From the IMG/VR virus record IMGVR_UViG_3300023179_000082, positions 10,220 through 74,219 of that record: DNA of 64,000 nucleotides. One strand, written 5' to 3'. This stretch comes from a virus. A program made the translations under genes and the position numbers. Of this stretch, positions 51,201 through 61,528 are shown piece by piece. The first letter of the stretch is position 1; each line of letters starts with the position of its first letter. The notes below the pieces were generated by a model, which ran no database searches, was not told the DNA's origin, and saw only the letters and a program-made list of their open reading frames with translations.

Positions 51201-53520
51201 AGGTAATAGGTTATCAAATATACAAGGTGCTAATGTTTCAGGTACGGTAGCTAATGCAAATTATGCTGTATCTGCTAATTTTGCTAATACTGCAACCAAT
51301 GCAAACTATGCCAATTATGCAAACATTGCAAGTGTTTCTAACCTTACATTATTTGCAAATACTGCAAATACTGTGGTTGTTAATGCACAACCAAACATTA
51401 CAAGTGTTGGTAATTTAGTTAGTCTTGTAGTAGATGGTAATTTATATTCTAATAATTCCAATGTTGAAGGTAATGGTTCTTATGGAAACCTACAAGTTGT
51501 AAATGAAATTAGGATTGGAAATACTTTTATTGCTAATTTTGGTTCTAACCTTATTGCATATGGTAATGTTGATTTTTATAACGCAACTGATGTAAATCTT
51601 GGTGAAGTTACAGAATTACATATAGCAGGTGGATCTAACGGATATTTTCTACGTACAGATGGTGCAGGTAATTTAAGTTGGGCGGCAGTTAGTAATGGAA
51701 GTAATGCCAATGTTAATGCTGCGGGATCAAACACTCAGGTACAATTTAACGATGGTAATGCGTTTGGTGCAAGTGCAGCATTTGTTTTTAACAAAGCAGC
51801 AAATATATTAACAATTACAGGTGGAATTGTTGCATCATCATTGGGTACTACTGCTAATATTACAGCAGCAAATGCAACGCTTGGTAATTTAGTTGTTGCC
51901 AACTTCTTCCAAGGTTCAGGTAATCGTTTATCTAACATTCAAGGTGCCAACGTAAATGGTGAAGTTGCACTTGCAAATTTTGCCACTTATTCTATTAGTG
52001 CCAATTTAGCAAACACTGCCAATATTGCTAATACTGCGAACAATGCAAATTTTGCTACTTTTTCAACAAATTCAAATGTTGCTATCACAGTAAGTAATAA
52101 TGCTCAACCTAATATAACTAGTGTTGGTAATTTGACAAACCTAGTAGTAACAGGGGGAATTTTTGGAAATACAGGTAATTTTACTGGAAATGGGTCATTC
52201 GGTAATTTACAAGTTATCAATCAAGTAAGAATAGGTTCAAATTTAATAACAAATGCAGGATCTAATCTTATTGCATATGGTAACGTTGATTTCTTCAATG
52301 CAACAGACGTAAACCTCGGTGAAGTGACTGAACTACATATCGCAGGTGGTTCAAATGGATTTTTTCTTCAAACTAATGGATCAGGTAATTTAACATGGGC
52401 ACCTGCTTCGGGCAATGGAGGAGGTTATCCCCCAGGCGGCTCTAATACATATGTTCAATTTAATGATGGTGGAGCTTTTGGTGGAAGTGCAAATTTTTAT
52501 TATAATAAAACGACTAACTTATTAACTGTAAATGGCAATATTAGTGGCAGTAATATTAATAGTTCAGGTAAAATTACTGCAACAGGAAATATTCAAACTA
52601 ATTCATTTTTTGTTGGTAATGGTATTTACATTACAGGGATTAATGCTGAAACAGCCAATTATGTAACTCAACCTGCTCAATCTAATATAACGTCAGTAGG
52701 TAATTTGATATCGTTAGATATAATAGGTGACTTAACAAGCACAGGTAATGCAGCATTTTCAGGTGATATAGGTGCTAGTAACATTAACTTAACCCGAAAT
52801 GTTACGGCAAGTAATGGTACATTTACGGGAACACTGAGAGTTAATTCAGCAGGAACATTAAGAAGTTTAGGTAATGTAGTTTTTGCAGGTTCACCTAATA
52901 TTTCTTTAGGTACTGTAGCTAATATTCGTATTACAGGCGGCACGAATGGATATGTATTATCAACTGATGGATTAGGTAATTTAAGTTGGGTAACGCCTGG
53001 CGGGGGTGGAGGAAATGGCTCACCAGGAGGTTCAAACCGTCAAATTCAATACAATGATAGTGGTGCATTTGGTGGTAGCCCATTCTTTACTTTTGATAGT
53101 TCAGTTAACAATGTTACGATTGGGGGCAATTTAATTGCAAATACCATTACAATTGGTAGTGGCATTTACCAATTTAGTCAATCAAATGTTTATTTTGCAG
53201 CAACAACTAGTAATGCAGCAAACCAAGAAATAATTTCAATTCCCACAGCAAATCTTGCAGGTATTGATTTTACTATTCTTAGTGATGATATTGGTGGAAA
53301 TATTAGAACTCTAACTAAAATTTCGTCCGTGGTATTAGGATCAGTTATTAATTATAATGAAACTAGTAGTTTAGCAGTTAATGGGTATACAGGTGATTAC
53401 GTTGTTCAATATAACCCAGGCAACATCACTCTAGCACCATCTGCACAATTACTTTTTTCTCCTCAATCAGCAAATTATACTACGTTAAAAATGATGATTA
53501 CAACGTATAAAGAACTGTAA
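48265..53520 (+). CDS. Asn-rich fibre protein: baseplate-attachment N-terminus, BNR/Ycf48-like propeller, repeated shaft modules
   Basis: NDGTGDPVRVAFEKINYNF N-terminus (gp9/gp10-like), SxDG/NGxTW repeats, and three copies of NAQPNITSVGNL...YGNVDF(Y/F)NATDVNLGE(I/V)TELHI. Confidence 0.75.
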   Translation: MALEIINIGVLPNDGTGDPVRVAFEKINYNFNQVQSGNTFSYVSGPEDSVQYKKTNDLQAVAVKGNITLAVGFPARAYTSIGNLATANWVEQSLPTNNNINDLIVAGANFWGVGANGTVVTSVDGVTWANAITASNVNLNAVIFDSANTLFVTVGDNGKLLTSGNGVTWTTRTTGTSENLHGIALSPNVGYVAVGANGTLIYSSNAIAWTSGNSTVSTTLRDIVYNGNVFTAVGDSGTVISSLNLTSWANRTSSANISVNLNSVSYANIANVLTLVAVGANGQTYKSVDGNAVTWTSIVDPLSSNLNSIVRGANAFVAVGNTSAVINLADSANTWSNVSLPTRMEGNINFLYDQPNANLLLNANIIPQANGNIRLGTANNRINTAFFTTSNSNTAIASNLSVTNSAIVANLTATQATITTFNVTGLSNLGNISNVTILGGNNGYFLQTDGSGNLTWAPAGNGGGGNGSPGGANTQVQYNNAGDFGGDAGFTYNDVTNTLTVNTISSYNQTVSNNISTNTATVVGNLTSGNASLGNLATANYINVNWDVSANVIYGNYLYGDGSNLTNLPYSSNANYAAYAGEAFLVSGSNVVGDVANANYANFSGNAYSVDGANVVGEVANANYASFANVANSVSSPVANANYANFAGNAFSVDGANVVGEVANANYAMHVDVEPVLDNFSYHVVLVANPGDNHLKVDGDDQLQYNPQFGILTSNRVDANLFVGNGHFLTDLTGANVTGEVPYANIANSVAGANVTGTVANANYAAFAGNANFASNVAYANASNTANSANTSNVAITVSGNAQPNITSVGNLTTLNVTGALFAATGNFSGNGSFGNLQVVNQIRVGSNIIANVGSNLIAYGNVDFYNATDVNLGEITELHISGGSNGYFLRTDGAGNLSWAAVSNGGNAVTPPGGSNTQLQYNNDGNFAGSAALVFDNTSNVLTVSGPLVATQLSVSGNIGGANANLGNLVIANFFQGSGNRLSNIQGANVSGTVANANYAVSANFANTATNANYANYANIASVSNLTLFANTANTVVVNAQPNITSVGNLVSLVVDGNLYSNNSNVEGNGSYGNLQVVNEIRIGNTFIANFGSNLIAYGNVDFYNATDVNLGEVTELHIAGGSNGYFLRTDGAGNLSWAAVSNGSNANVNAAGSNTQVQFNDGNAFGASAAFVFNKAANILTITGGIVASSLGTTANITAANATLGNLVVANFFQGSGNRLSNIQGANVNGEVALANFATYSISANLANTANIANTANNANFATFSTNSNVAITVSNNAQPNITSVGNLTNLVVTGGIFGNTGNFTGNGSFGNLQVINQVRIGSNLITNAGSNLIAYGNVDFFNATDVNLGEVTELHIAGGSNGFFLQTNGSGNLTWAPASGNGGGYPPGGSNTYVQFNDGGAFGGSANFYYNKTTNLLTVNGNISGSNINSSGKITATGNIQTNSFFVGNGIYITGINAETANYVTQPAQSNITSVGNLISLDIIGDLTSTGNAAFSGDIGASNINLTRNVTASNGTFTGTLRVNSAGTLRSLGNVVFAGSPNISLGTVANIRITGGTNGYVLSTDGLGNLSWVTPGGGGGNGSPGGSNRQIQYNDSGAFGGSPFFTFDSSVNNVTIGGNLIANTITIGSGIYQFSQSNVYFAATTSNAANQEIISIPTANLAGIDFTILSDDIGGNIRTLTKISSVVLGSVINYNETSSLAVNGYTGDYVVQYNPGNITLAPSAQLLFSPQSANYTTLKMMITTYKEL

Positions 53521-53543
53521 TTAGGTGGAAATTTGAATAATAT

Positions 53544-53551
53544 TATAAATA
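53544..53551 (+). promoter_or_regulatory. T4-type late promoter TATAAATA
   Basis: Exact consensus in the intergenic gap, followed by SD AGGA and ATG 53572. Confidence 0.65.
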
Positions 53552-53571
53552 TATAAAAGATAGGAAAAAAA

Positions 53572-56103
53572 ATGGCACTTAAACCACTTAATTCAGTCGG
53601 CGGTTTCTCAGTAGGGGAAATTCCATCAAACGTTATTTTAGGTAATGGAGATATTACCACTTCAAATGGTAACTTTAGCTACAGTATAGCTGCAGGAAAT
53701 GTTCTTACAAACAATTTAAAGTATGCTAATGGATCACCATGGGATCTACAAGAAGCAGCAGGTGCTAACAAACAAATCCAATACAATGAAGGTAATGGTA
53801 ATTTTGGTGCTAGTGCAAATTTTGCGTTTGATTTTGCCAACAATACATTAGATCTTAATGGAAATATTCTTTTAGGTGGAACACAACAAAATCAAGTTGT
53901 CAACTTAAGTAATAATGCTTTAGAAATTCGTGGTGGATGGAATGCAAGTAGCGGGTCAGCCGTTAATATTGAGGCAGGTGATTATAGTAACAGTAGTAAT
54001 TGGGGTAAAATAAGCATTCAAGGTAATTTTGCAGGTAATTCAGTGGGTTTTGCTGAAGCCAATGCGTTTATTTTTTCTACACCTGGGTATGGTGCAGGAA
54101 ATATTGTAAAAATAGATACACTTAATATTAATGCAACATCAAATTCAACAGGTGCTGTACAAATTGCAGGTGGCATTGGGATTACGGGAAATGCCTACAT
54201 TGGGGGAAATATTTACGCCAATAATTTATCAGGTAATATTTCAGGTAATGTTACCGCAGGTGGTATTAATACTTCTGTTCAATTTAATGACGCAAATACT
54301 ATTTCAGGTGGAAATTACTTCTTATGGGATAAAGTTTCAAATGTATTGACGGTTACAGGTAATATTAATTCAAACGGTTATATTGTATCACCTAACGATG
54401 CAAACATTAATCTTGAGCCAGGTGGCAACGGATTAGTCGTTATTGCTAACACCGCAGGTGGTGCAACAGCAATTGCTATGGGTGACCCAACACAAGGTAA
54501 TTTAGTAAGTAATGCAGTAACATTAACAAATTCATCATCAGTTTCAAATTCAATTGCACAGTTAAATGAGGTTTTGGGTAAATTAGTTCCTCCTGCTCCC
54601 GCAAATTTCCCACAAGGATCATTATCAATAAGCAGTCTGTCTACTTATCGTATGGCTAATTTTACACAAACTGATAACACGCCTGGGGCGAACAAAAGTG
54701 TTGCAGGTGGTACTACAGTAACAACAGTACGTAGAGCAGCTTCTTATTCAACTAACACGATAGCAAATGTTGGGCCTGGTAATCAAGGGACAATTGCAGT
54801 GTATTTAAATGGTGCTGATGCAGGAAATAGAACATTAACAAATTCTTTAAATGGAAATGGAACTTATAGTAATCTAGTAATTACAAATAATGTAGACTAT
54901 AACAGTGTAAATGCAAATATTCAAGCGGGTTTTTGGTCAGTTTTTTCAGCTTCAGCTTCAGGTACAGTAACTCAAGGGTGGAATGAAGTAAAAATTACAG
55001 ATTCAGCAACAAGTAATACTAATATGCCATCTTGGTATTATGATGCAAGTGCGCCAGGCACACCACAAGTAACAAATACATCAATCACGGCACCTGTGTC
55101 TCCATCTTACACATATTCAAGCACTGTAGCTCATTATAATAATACTAATGCATTTACTATAACTTTTGATGTAAATCGATTAAGTGGTGATATGTATCCA
55201 ACTAGCGATACATTTGTAACAGGTACTTCAGGTGGGGCATTTAGCGCACCTTCAAGCGTAACTTATTCAAGTGCAAGCATAACAACTCCATTGGCACAAA
55301 ATTTATATGTGTCAAGCGGTAATGCATCAATATCAACAACATCATCAATCATTTCAGGGTTTGGTGCATCTAGCGGATCCCCATCAGTATCAGTATTAAA
55401 CAGTTATGCTACGGGTACAGGATCATTTAATCCTAGTGCCAATGTATTATACAAAACAGGAACAGCTTCTACAATGGAAGAAGCTAATATTGTAATCGGT
55501 GGATCAATAGGTAGCGGAGCAGGATTGGCATTTAGAATTCTTAATCCAGGCTCAACCGATACTCCTTCATATAGTGCAAATGCTACTGCTTTTAATAGTC
55601 AATCAAGCACATTACAAACTTATGATGCCACGATTGTAGCAGCTATTATGAAGCATGATCAAACAGATTATTCAACAGGTTATTTGCCAATTGGTCCTGA
55701 CTTAAGCGCAGGGCGAAGCGGATCGCAGTATTTTACATTCAAATTTGTTAGAACTTCTGTATCAAAATTTGATTTTAGATGGACGGGTACAATTGCAGGG
55801 TTATGGGTTGCGTTGCCTGGAAGCGGTATAGATACATCATCTACTTTAAATGGATGGTTAGATGCTTCAATAGCATATGCAGGGGCAGGGCAACCAGGTG
55901 CAGGTACGGGAGGTAATGGTAGTAATGGATGTGCCTTGGGAGGTACTGCACCATTAAATTCTGCGCAAACCAATAAATCAATAACCATAACTTTTGGTAC
56001 TGTAAGCAGTTCAAGTACAGCATCAAATGAAATTTATGTTCGAATTAAATTGACTTCAGGTCAATCAGTAACAGCATTTTCCCTACAACCAGCGAGTAAC
56101 TAA
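53572..56103 (+). CDS. Asn/Ser/Thr-rich virion structural (fibre/appendage) protein
   Basis: It shares the MAxKPLNS N-terminus with 61529 and the GANKQIQYN..GNFGASANF module with its neighbours. Confidence 0.7.
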   Translation: MALKPLNSVGGFSVGEIPSNVILGNGDITTSNGNFSYSIAAGNVLTNNLKYANGSPWDLQEAAGANKQIQYNEGNGNFGASANFAFDFANNTLDLNGNILLGGTQQNQVVNLSNNALEIRGGWNASSGSAVNIEAGDYSNSSNWGKISIQGNFAGNSVGFAEANAFIFSTPGYGAGNIVKIDTLNINATSNSTGAVQIAGGIGITGNAYIGGNIYANNLSGNISGNVTAGGINTSVQFNDANTISGGNYFLWDKVSNVLTVTGNINSNGYIVSPNDANINLEPGGNGLVVIANTAGGATAIAMGDPTQGNLVSNAVTLTNSSSVSNSIAQLNEVLGKLVPPAPANFPQGSLSISSLSTYRMANFTQTDNTPGANKSVAGGTTVTTVRRAASYSTNTIANVGPGNQGTIAVYLNGADAGNRTLTNSLNGNGTYSNLVITNNVDYNSVNANIQAGFWSVFSASASGTVTQGWNEVKITDSATSNTNMPSWYYDASAPGTPQVTNTSITAPVSPSYTYSSTVAHYNNTNAFTITFDVNRLSGDMYPTSDTFVTGTSGGAFSAPSSVTYSSASITTPLAQNLYVSSGNASISTTSSIISGFGASSGSPSVSVLNSYATGTGSFNPSANVLYKTGTASTMEEANIVIGGSIGSGAGLAFRILNPGSTDTPSYSANATAFNSQSSTLQTYDATIVAAIMKHDQTDYSTGYLPIGPDLSAGRSGSQYFTFKFVRTSVSKFDFRWTGTIAGLWVALPGSGIDTSSTLNGWLDASIAYAGAGQPGAGTGGNGSNGCALGGTAPLNSAQTNKSITITFGTVSSSSTASNEIYVRIKLTSGQSVTAFSLQPASN

Positions 56104-56106
56104 AAA

Positions 56107-59100
56107 ATGTCAATAACAATAGCACAACAAGTTGACCTACTATATAAGCAAGCATTCGGTGTTACAAAAACGGATACTGCTAATAATAAAAGTCCTAGTA
56201 ATGAATCAATACCAAGTCCATTATTAATACGTGGTGATACACTGTGGGGACAAGCTGATCAAATCCCCGCAATCGCAGCACCTGTTGCTAATGTTGTTCA
56301 GGCATATACAGGCGCAAGTGCAGTTCAAATGGCTGCAGATACAACAACTGTACCAATTAGTGGCATTTATCCTACGTGGTTAACAAATTTAACCTATTGG
56401 ATACCACAAGAATTCGGCGCAACTTACGTTATTAAAATTTATGTTGATAATCCTGGAGCAGCAAATCCAACGATTACAGGTACACAAATTTTTGCGGCAG
56501 GTAGTGGTGGAACAGGCGAATATTATTATAATTACCAATCAGGTGTATTAAACTTTATTGGTCAGACCATACCTGCAGCGTTAACTTCAGGTAAGGTATT
56601 ATATGCTGTAGGTTATCGCTACATTGGTGATCTCGGTGTGACCAATTTGCCAAGTAACGTTTCTCTTGGTAATTTACGAATTAATGATAATGTAATTGAG
56701 TCAATTAATTCTAATGCTAATATTGTACTTTCACCAAACGGTACAGGTCAGGTTACTACTACAGCATCATTTACGGGTAGTAATATCTTTGCAAATTATG
56801 CATTTTTAGCGAACGATTTAACAGTTAATAATATTACTACTAATGTTAACGTAAGCGTTACAGGAAATGTTTTAGGTAATTTCTTATTAGCTAATGCAAA
56901 TATTATTGGTAATAATTTATATTCAAATAATAATATTGAAGCTAATGGTAACATAACAGGTAATAATTTTACTGCTAATAGCACTTTATTTGTCGGTGGT
57001 AATGCAAATATAGGCAATGGTTTTGCCGTATTTGATTCTACAGGACAAAAATTACTTATTAACGGTAATATTATTCCCGCAAATTCTAATTATTCATTAG
57101 GTAATGCTAGTAATCCATGGAATTCACTGTATGTTGCAGGTGAAACAGTTTATATTGGTAACTCAACAATTCAATCTAACACAACTACCAATACTTTTAC
57201 AATAACAAATTCAGGTGGGGCACAGTTTTTACTTACAGGAAATTCAACAACTGCTACAATAAGTTCATATAACTTTAGCGCAAGTTCTAATGTTTTAGCA
57301 AATTTTGTTAATGTAAATGCAAATGTTTTAGCAAATTATATTAATGCCAATGCAAATGTATTGTCAAACAATGTTACAGTAAATTTAGAACTTGCGGGTA
57401 ATACGGCAAACTTTACAGGTAATGTAATTGCACCTAACTTTTCCGCAAATTCAACAGTTTTCGCAGCTAATGCAAATATCACGGGTACGACAATTACTGA
57501 TTACTTAACAGTAAATCATAGTATTAGTGGTAATACTGCTAACTTTACGGGCAATATTGATAGCGCACTTAATGCTAATTTAGGTAATGTAGCTACTGCA
57601 AATTTTGTAAAAACAAGTACCGTACTTAACGGTAATAGTAATGTTGAAATTGCAGCTAATGGTAATGTTACAGTAAGTTTAACAGGAACAGCTAATGTAG
57701 TTACGTTTAGTAACCTTGGAGTAAATGTAGTTGGTTATGTCTATGCAAATGGTGATGGAACATTTGGTGCAGTAAAAAGCAATAGTGTCACAGCACTAGC
57801 AGGAAATTTACAGCTTTATTCCCAACAATCAGGAAATAGTTACGTTGAGCTAAAACCATTTGGTAATGGAACAGTTGATGTTGCTAATTTTAGAATTACC
57901 TCATTAGCAACACCTAATGCTTCTTCAGATGCTGCGACTAAACAATATGTTGACGATGTGGCACAAGGGTTAAATGTCCACGATCCTTGCTATACTGCAA
58001 CAGGTAATACACTTGCTAACTTAACGGGTGGTGGTACGATTACTTATAATAATGGTACAGGTGGCGTAGGTGCTAATCTTGTTCTATCAGGATCGTATAC
58101 AAAAAGCTTTACTAGCGCAAACTGTTTTGACGGTAATACAACAGCAACAACTTCATCAAGAATTTTAGTTAAAAATGAAACAACTGCTGCATATAACGGT
58201 ATATATGTTGTAACAAGTGGAACCGTATTAACACGTGCTGATGATTATAACACTGTTCCTGAAATTGAAGCAGGAGACTTTGTTTTTGTAACAACAGGTG
58301 ATAATTATGATAACACAGGTTGGGTACAAACATCTATAGTTGCTGTTATTGGAACAGATCCTATTGATTTTGTTCAATTTAGTGGTGCAGGTACTTATCA
58401 AGCAGGTGCAGGTTTAACATTAACAGGTACTGTATTTTCAGTAAATGTCGATAATGTAACCACTGAAATTGGTGGCGGTAATGTTATAGTTAAAGCAAAT
58501 GCGCAATTTACAACACCTAATATTGGAGCAGCTACAGGCACTAGTGTTGATTTAACGGGTAATGTTTTAGCAAATAATTTAAACGCAAACAATAAAGTCA
58601 CAGCAAATAATATAGATGTTACAACCTTACTTACTACAGGGAATATCACAGTAAATGCTGCGATATTAGGAAATACAGCCAATTTTAGCGGTAACGTAAT
58701 CCTACCAAATTTAAATGTAAATAGCGCATTAGTTGGTAATGAGGCTAATTTTAGTGGTAATGTTGTTGCTAATAATTTAACTGTTAATTTAGAACTTTCA
58801 GGTAATACAGCAAACTTTAGTACAAGTGTACAAACACCATTAATCAAAAATGGTAATAGTAACATAAGTATTGCAGCAAATGGAAATATTCAAGTAGCAG
58901 TTAGTGGTGTAGCAAATGTTGTCAATATTTCCAACACAGGTGCTAATTTAACGGGTAACCTATCGGTATCGCAGGAATTAAGTGGCAATACCGCTAATTT
59001 TTCAGGTAATGTTATTGTACCTAACTTAACTGTTAATTTAGCACTTGCAGGAAATACAGCTAACTTTAGTGGTAATTTAGTAGCAGCAAACGGTAATCTT

Positions 59101-61491
59101 GGTAATTTAGTCACGGCAAATTTTGTCGATATAGCTAGTAATTTAATAGCAAATAATGCAAATATAAATTTAGCTTTGTCAGGTAATACAGCTAATTTCA
59201 GTGGTAATTTAACATCAGGTAATGCAAACCTAGGTAATTTAGCTACAGCGAATTTTGTCAATATTGCTAGTAATTTAGTAGCGAATAATGCAAACATTAA
59301 TTTACAATTAAGTGGAAATACTGCAAACTTTACAGGTTTGGTTGATATCTTTAATTTAAATGTTTCTAATACTGCAAACTTGGGAAATATAAGCAATATT
59401 ACAATTACAGGTGGTAGTAATGGTCAGTTTTTACAAACTAATGGATCAGGCGTTGTAACTTGGGCTACTGTTGATACAAGTATTATAGCTAATGGTAATA
59501 GTAATGTTTCAATACCATCTGCTAATGGTAATGTTAATATTAGTTCAGCAGGAAATGCTAATGTAGTTGTTATATCGGGATCAGGCGTTAATATAAGTGG
59601 TTATTTAACTGCTACAGGAAATATAAGTGGTAATGTTGGTAGTTTTAGTGGTAATGTAACTGCTCCAAATTTTTATGCTAATTATACAGTACAAGCTGTT
59701 GGAAATATAACAGGTGGCAATATTATTTCAAATAGTAATGTTGACACAACAAATCTTAATGCAAACTACATATATTCGAATAATACAGCAAATATTGGCG
59801 GTAATTTAAATGCTAATGCTAATGTTAACATTGTAAGTGATTTAAATGCTAACACAGCCAACTTTAGTGGAATTGTTGGATTTACAGGATCTAATGTAAA
59901 TGTTAGTAATTGGTTAACTGTTGCGAATACTGCAAATGTTGGTAATTTGCGTACTGACAACTTGCTTTATTCCAATGGACAGCCTTGGGATTTACAACAA
60001 GCAGCGGGTTCTAATACACAGATTCAATATAATGATGGATCAAATAATTTTGGTGCTAGTGCTAACTTAACTTGGGACTATACAGGTAATGTATTAACCG
60101 TTGGTGGAAATGCCAATGTTACAGGTACCACGAAGACATACCAAGAACAGCTTACTTCATTATTATCAACTCAAATTGTTTATGGTAATGGTAGTTCATT
60201 TTTAGTAGGTTCTAATAACTTTATATTTAATGATTCTACTAATCAATTTACTGTAAATGGTAACGCACAATTTAACAATGCTAATCTAGGTAATTTAGCT
60301 ACAGCAAATTTTGTTGATGTAGCTAGTAATTTAGTAGCCAATAATGCTAACATTAATCTAGCACTATCAGGTAATACTGCCAATTTCAGTGGTAATGTCA
60401 GTGCAGCTAATGCTAATTTAGGTAATTTGGCTACGGCAAATTTTGTTAGTGTATCTAGTAATTTAGTAGCTAATAATGCAAACATTAATTTAGCTTTGTC
60501 AGGTAATACAGCTAATTTCAGTGGTAATTTATCAGCAGCAAATGCCAATCTAGGTAATTTAGCGATAGCAAATTTTGTTAATGTTGCATCAAATGTTGTT
60601 TCAAATAATTTATCAGTTAACCTAGCATTAACAGGAAATACAGCTAATTTTAGCGGAAACTTAGTTTCAGGTAATGCTAATCTTGGTAATTTAGCAGAAG
60701 CAAGTTTTGTTAATGTTGGTGGTACAACACTTACAAATAATCTTACAATAAACTTAGAATTATCAGGTAATACAGCCAACTTTAGTGGCACAGTTGTAGT
60801 ACCAAACTTAACTGTAAATAACAATATTGCGGGTAATACAGCAAACTTCACAGGAAACATAAGTGCTGCTAATGCTAACCTAGGTAATTTAGTAACAGCC
60901 AATTTTGTTAATGTTTCAACTAGTTTAGTTACAAATAATGCTAATATTAATGTAGAACTTGCAGGAAATACCGCAAACTTTACAGGAAATATAAGTGCTG
61001 CTAACGCTAATCTTGGTAATTTAGCTACTGCAAATTTTGTTAACATATCTAGTAACTTGGTTGCAAATAATGCTAATATTAATTTGGCTTTATCAGGTAA
61101 TACAGCTAACTTTAGTGGCAATCTTCTTGCAAATAATATTACTGCAAATTATAAAGTAGATATTGGTAATACTGAAGTAACATGGTCAACAGTAACTACA
61201 TTGTCTGTTACAGCTAATCAAACTATAGCTCAATTTCCAATAAGTAGTGGATTTACAGGAGTTCAATTTTTAGTTAAATCGGTCGATTCTACAGGTTCAA
61301 AATATAGTATAGCTACAGTACAAGCTGTTTGTGATGGTTCATCCGTAGATTATACAATTTTTGGTGGAGTAGGGTTAGGTGGTCAAACAGGTTCATTGGC
61401 AGTAAATATTTCCAATAGTAATATTGCCTTACAAGTTACGCCATCAAGTAGTAATTCAACTGTTTGGACTACTCAGTACAGATTAGTATGA
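56107..61491 (+). CDS. Very Asn-rich fibre protein with 22/44-aa tandem repeats
   Basis: DAATKQYVD fibre motif, RILVKNETTAAYNGIYVV..LTRADD module, and repeats of NANLGNLATANF..NLALSGNTANFSGN. Confidence 0.75.
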   Translation: MSITIAQQVDLLYKQAFGVTKTDTANNKSPSNESIPSPLLIRGDTLWGQADQIPAIAAPVANVVQAYTGASAVQMAADTTTVPISGIYPTWLTNLTYWIPQEFGATYVIKIYVDNPGAANPTITGTQIFAAGSGGTGEYYYNYQSGVLNFIGQTIPAALTSGKVLYAVGYRYIGDLGVTNLPSNVSLGNLRINDNVIESINSNANIVLSPNGTGQVTTTASFTGSNIFANYAFLANDLTVNNITTNVNVSVTGNVLGNFLLANANIIGNNLYSNNNIEANGNITGNNFTANSTLFVGGNANIGNGFAVFDSTGQKLLINGNIIPANSNYSLGNASNPWNSLYVAGETVYIGNSTIQSNTTTNTFTITNSGGAQFLLTGNSTTATISSYNFSASSNVLANFVNVNANVLANYINANANVLSNNVTVNLELAGNTANFTGNVIAPNFSANSTVFAANANITGTTITDYLTVNHSISGNTANFTGNIDSALNANLGNVATANFVKTSTVLNGNSNVEIAANGNVTVSLTGTANVVTFSNLGVNVVGYVYANGDGTFGAVKSNSVTALAGNLQLYSQQSGNSYVELKPFGNGTVDVANFRITSLATPNASSDAATKQYVDDVAQGLNVHDPCYTATGNTLANLTGGGTITYNNGTGGVGANLVLSGSYTKSFTSANCFDGNTTATTSSRILVKNETTAAYNGIYVVTSGTVLTRADDYNTVPEIEAGDFVFVTTGDNYDNTGWVQTSIVAVIGTDPIDFVQFSGAGTYQAGAGLTLTGTVFSVNVDNVTTEIGGGNVIVKANAQFTTPNIGAATGTSVDLTGNVLANNLNANNKVTANNIDVTTLLTTGNITVNAAILGNTANFSGNVILPNLNVNSALVGNEANFSGNVVANNLTVNLELSGNTANFSTSVQTPLIKNGNSNISIAANGNIQVAVSGVANVVNISNTGANLTGNLSVSQELSGNTANFSGNVIVPNLTVNLALAGNTANFSGNLVAANGNLGNLVTANFVDIASNLIANNANINLALSGNTANFSGNLTSGNANLGNLATANFVNIASNLVANNANINLQLSGNTANFTGLVDIFNLNVSNTANLGNISNITITGGSNGQFLQTNGSGVVTWATVDTSIIANGNSNVSIPSANGNVNISSAGNANVVVISGSGVNISGYLTATGNISGNVGSFSGNVTAPNFYANYTVQAVGNITGGNIISNSNVDTTNLNANYIYSNNTANIGGNLNANANVNIVSDLNANTANFSGIVGFTGSNVNVSNWLTVANTANVGNLRTDNLLYSNGQPWDLQQAAGSNTQIQYNDGSNNFGASANLTWDYTGNVLTVGGNANVTGTTKTYQEQLTSLLSTQIVYGNGSSFLVGSNNFIFNDSTNQFTVNGNAQFNNANLGNLATANFVDVASNLVANNANINLALSGNTANFSGNVSAANANLGNLATANFVSVSSNLVANNANINLALSGNTANFSGNLSAANANLGNLAIANFVNVASNVVSNNLSVNLALTGNTANFSGNLVSGNANLGNLAEASFVNVGGTTLTNNLTINLELSGNTANFSGTVVVPNLTVNNNIAGNTANFTGNISAANANLGNLVTANFVNVSTSLVTNNANINVELAGNTANFTGNISAANANLGNLATANFVNISSNLVANNANINLALSGNTANFSGNLLANNITANYKVDIGNTEVTWSTVTTLSVTANQTIAQFPISSGFTGVQFLVKSVDSTGSKYSIATVQAVCDGSSVDYTIFGGVGLGGQTGSLAVNISNSNIALQVTPSSSNSTVWTTQYRLV
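60277..61125 (+). repeat. Intragenic tandem repeat, 132-nt (44-aa) unit built from 66-nt halves
   Basis: Unit starts at 60277, 60409, 60541, 60673, 60871 and 61003 (spacings 132, 132, 132, 198, 132). Similar copies lie near 59090-59340. Confidence 0.85.
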
Positions 61492-61528
61492 TTTATTATG
61501 CTAAATATTTTAGTACTAGTGAGATCCT

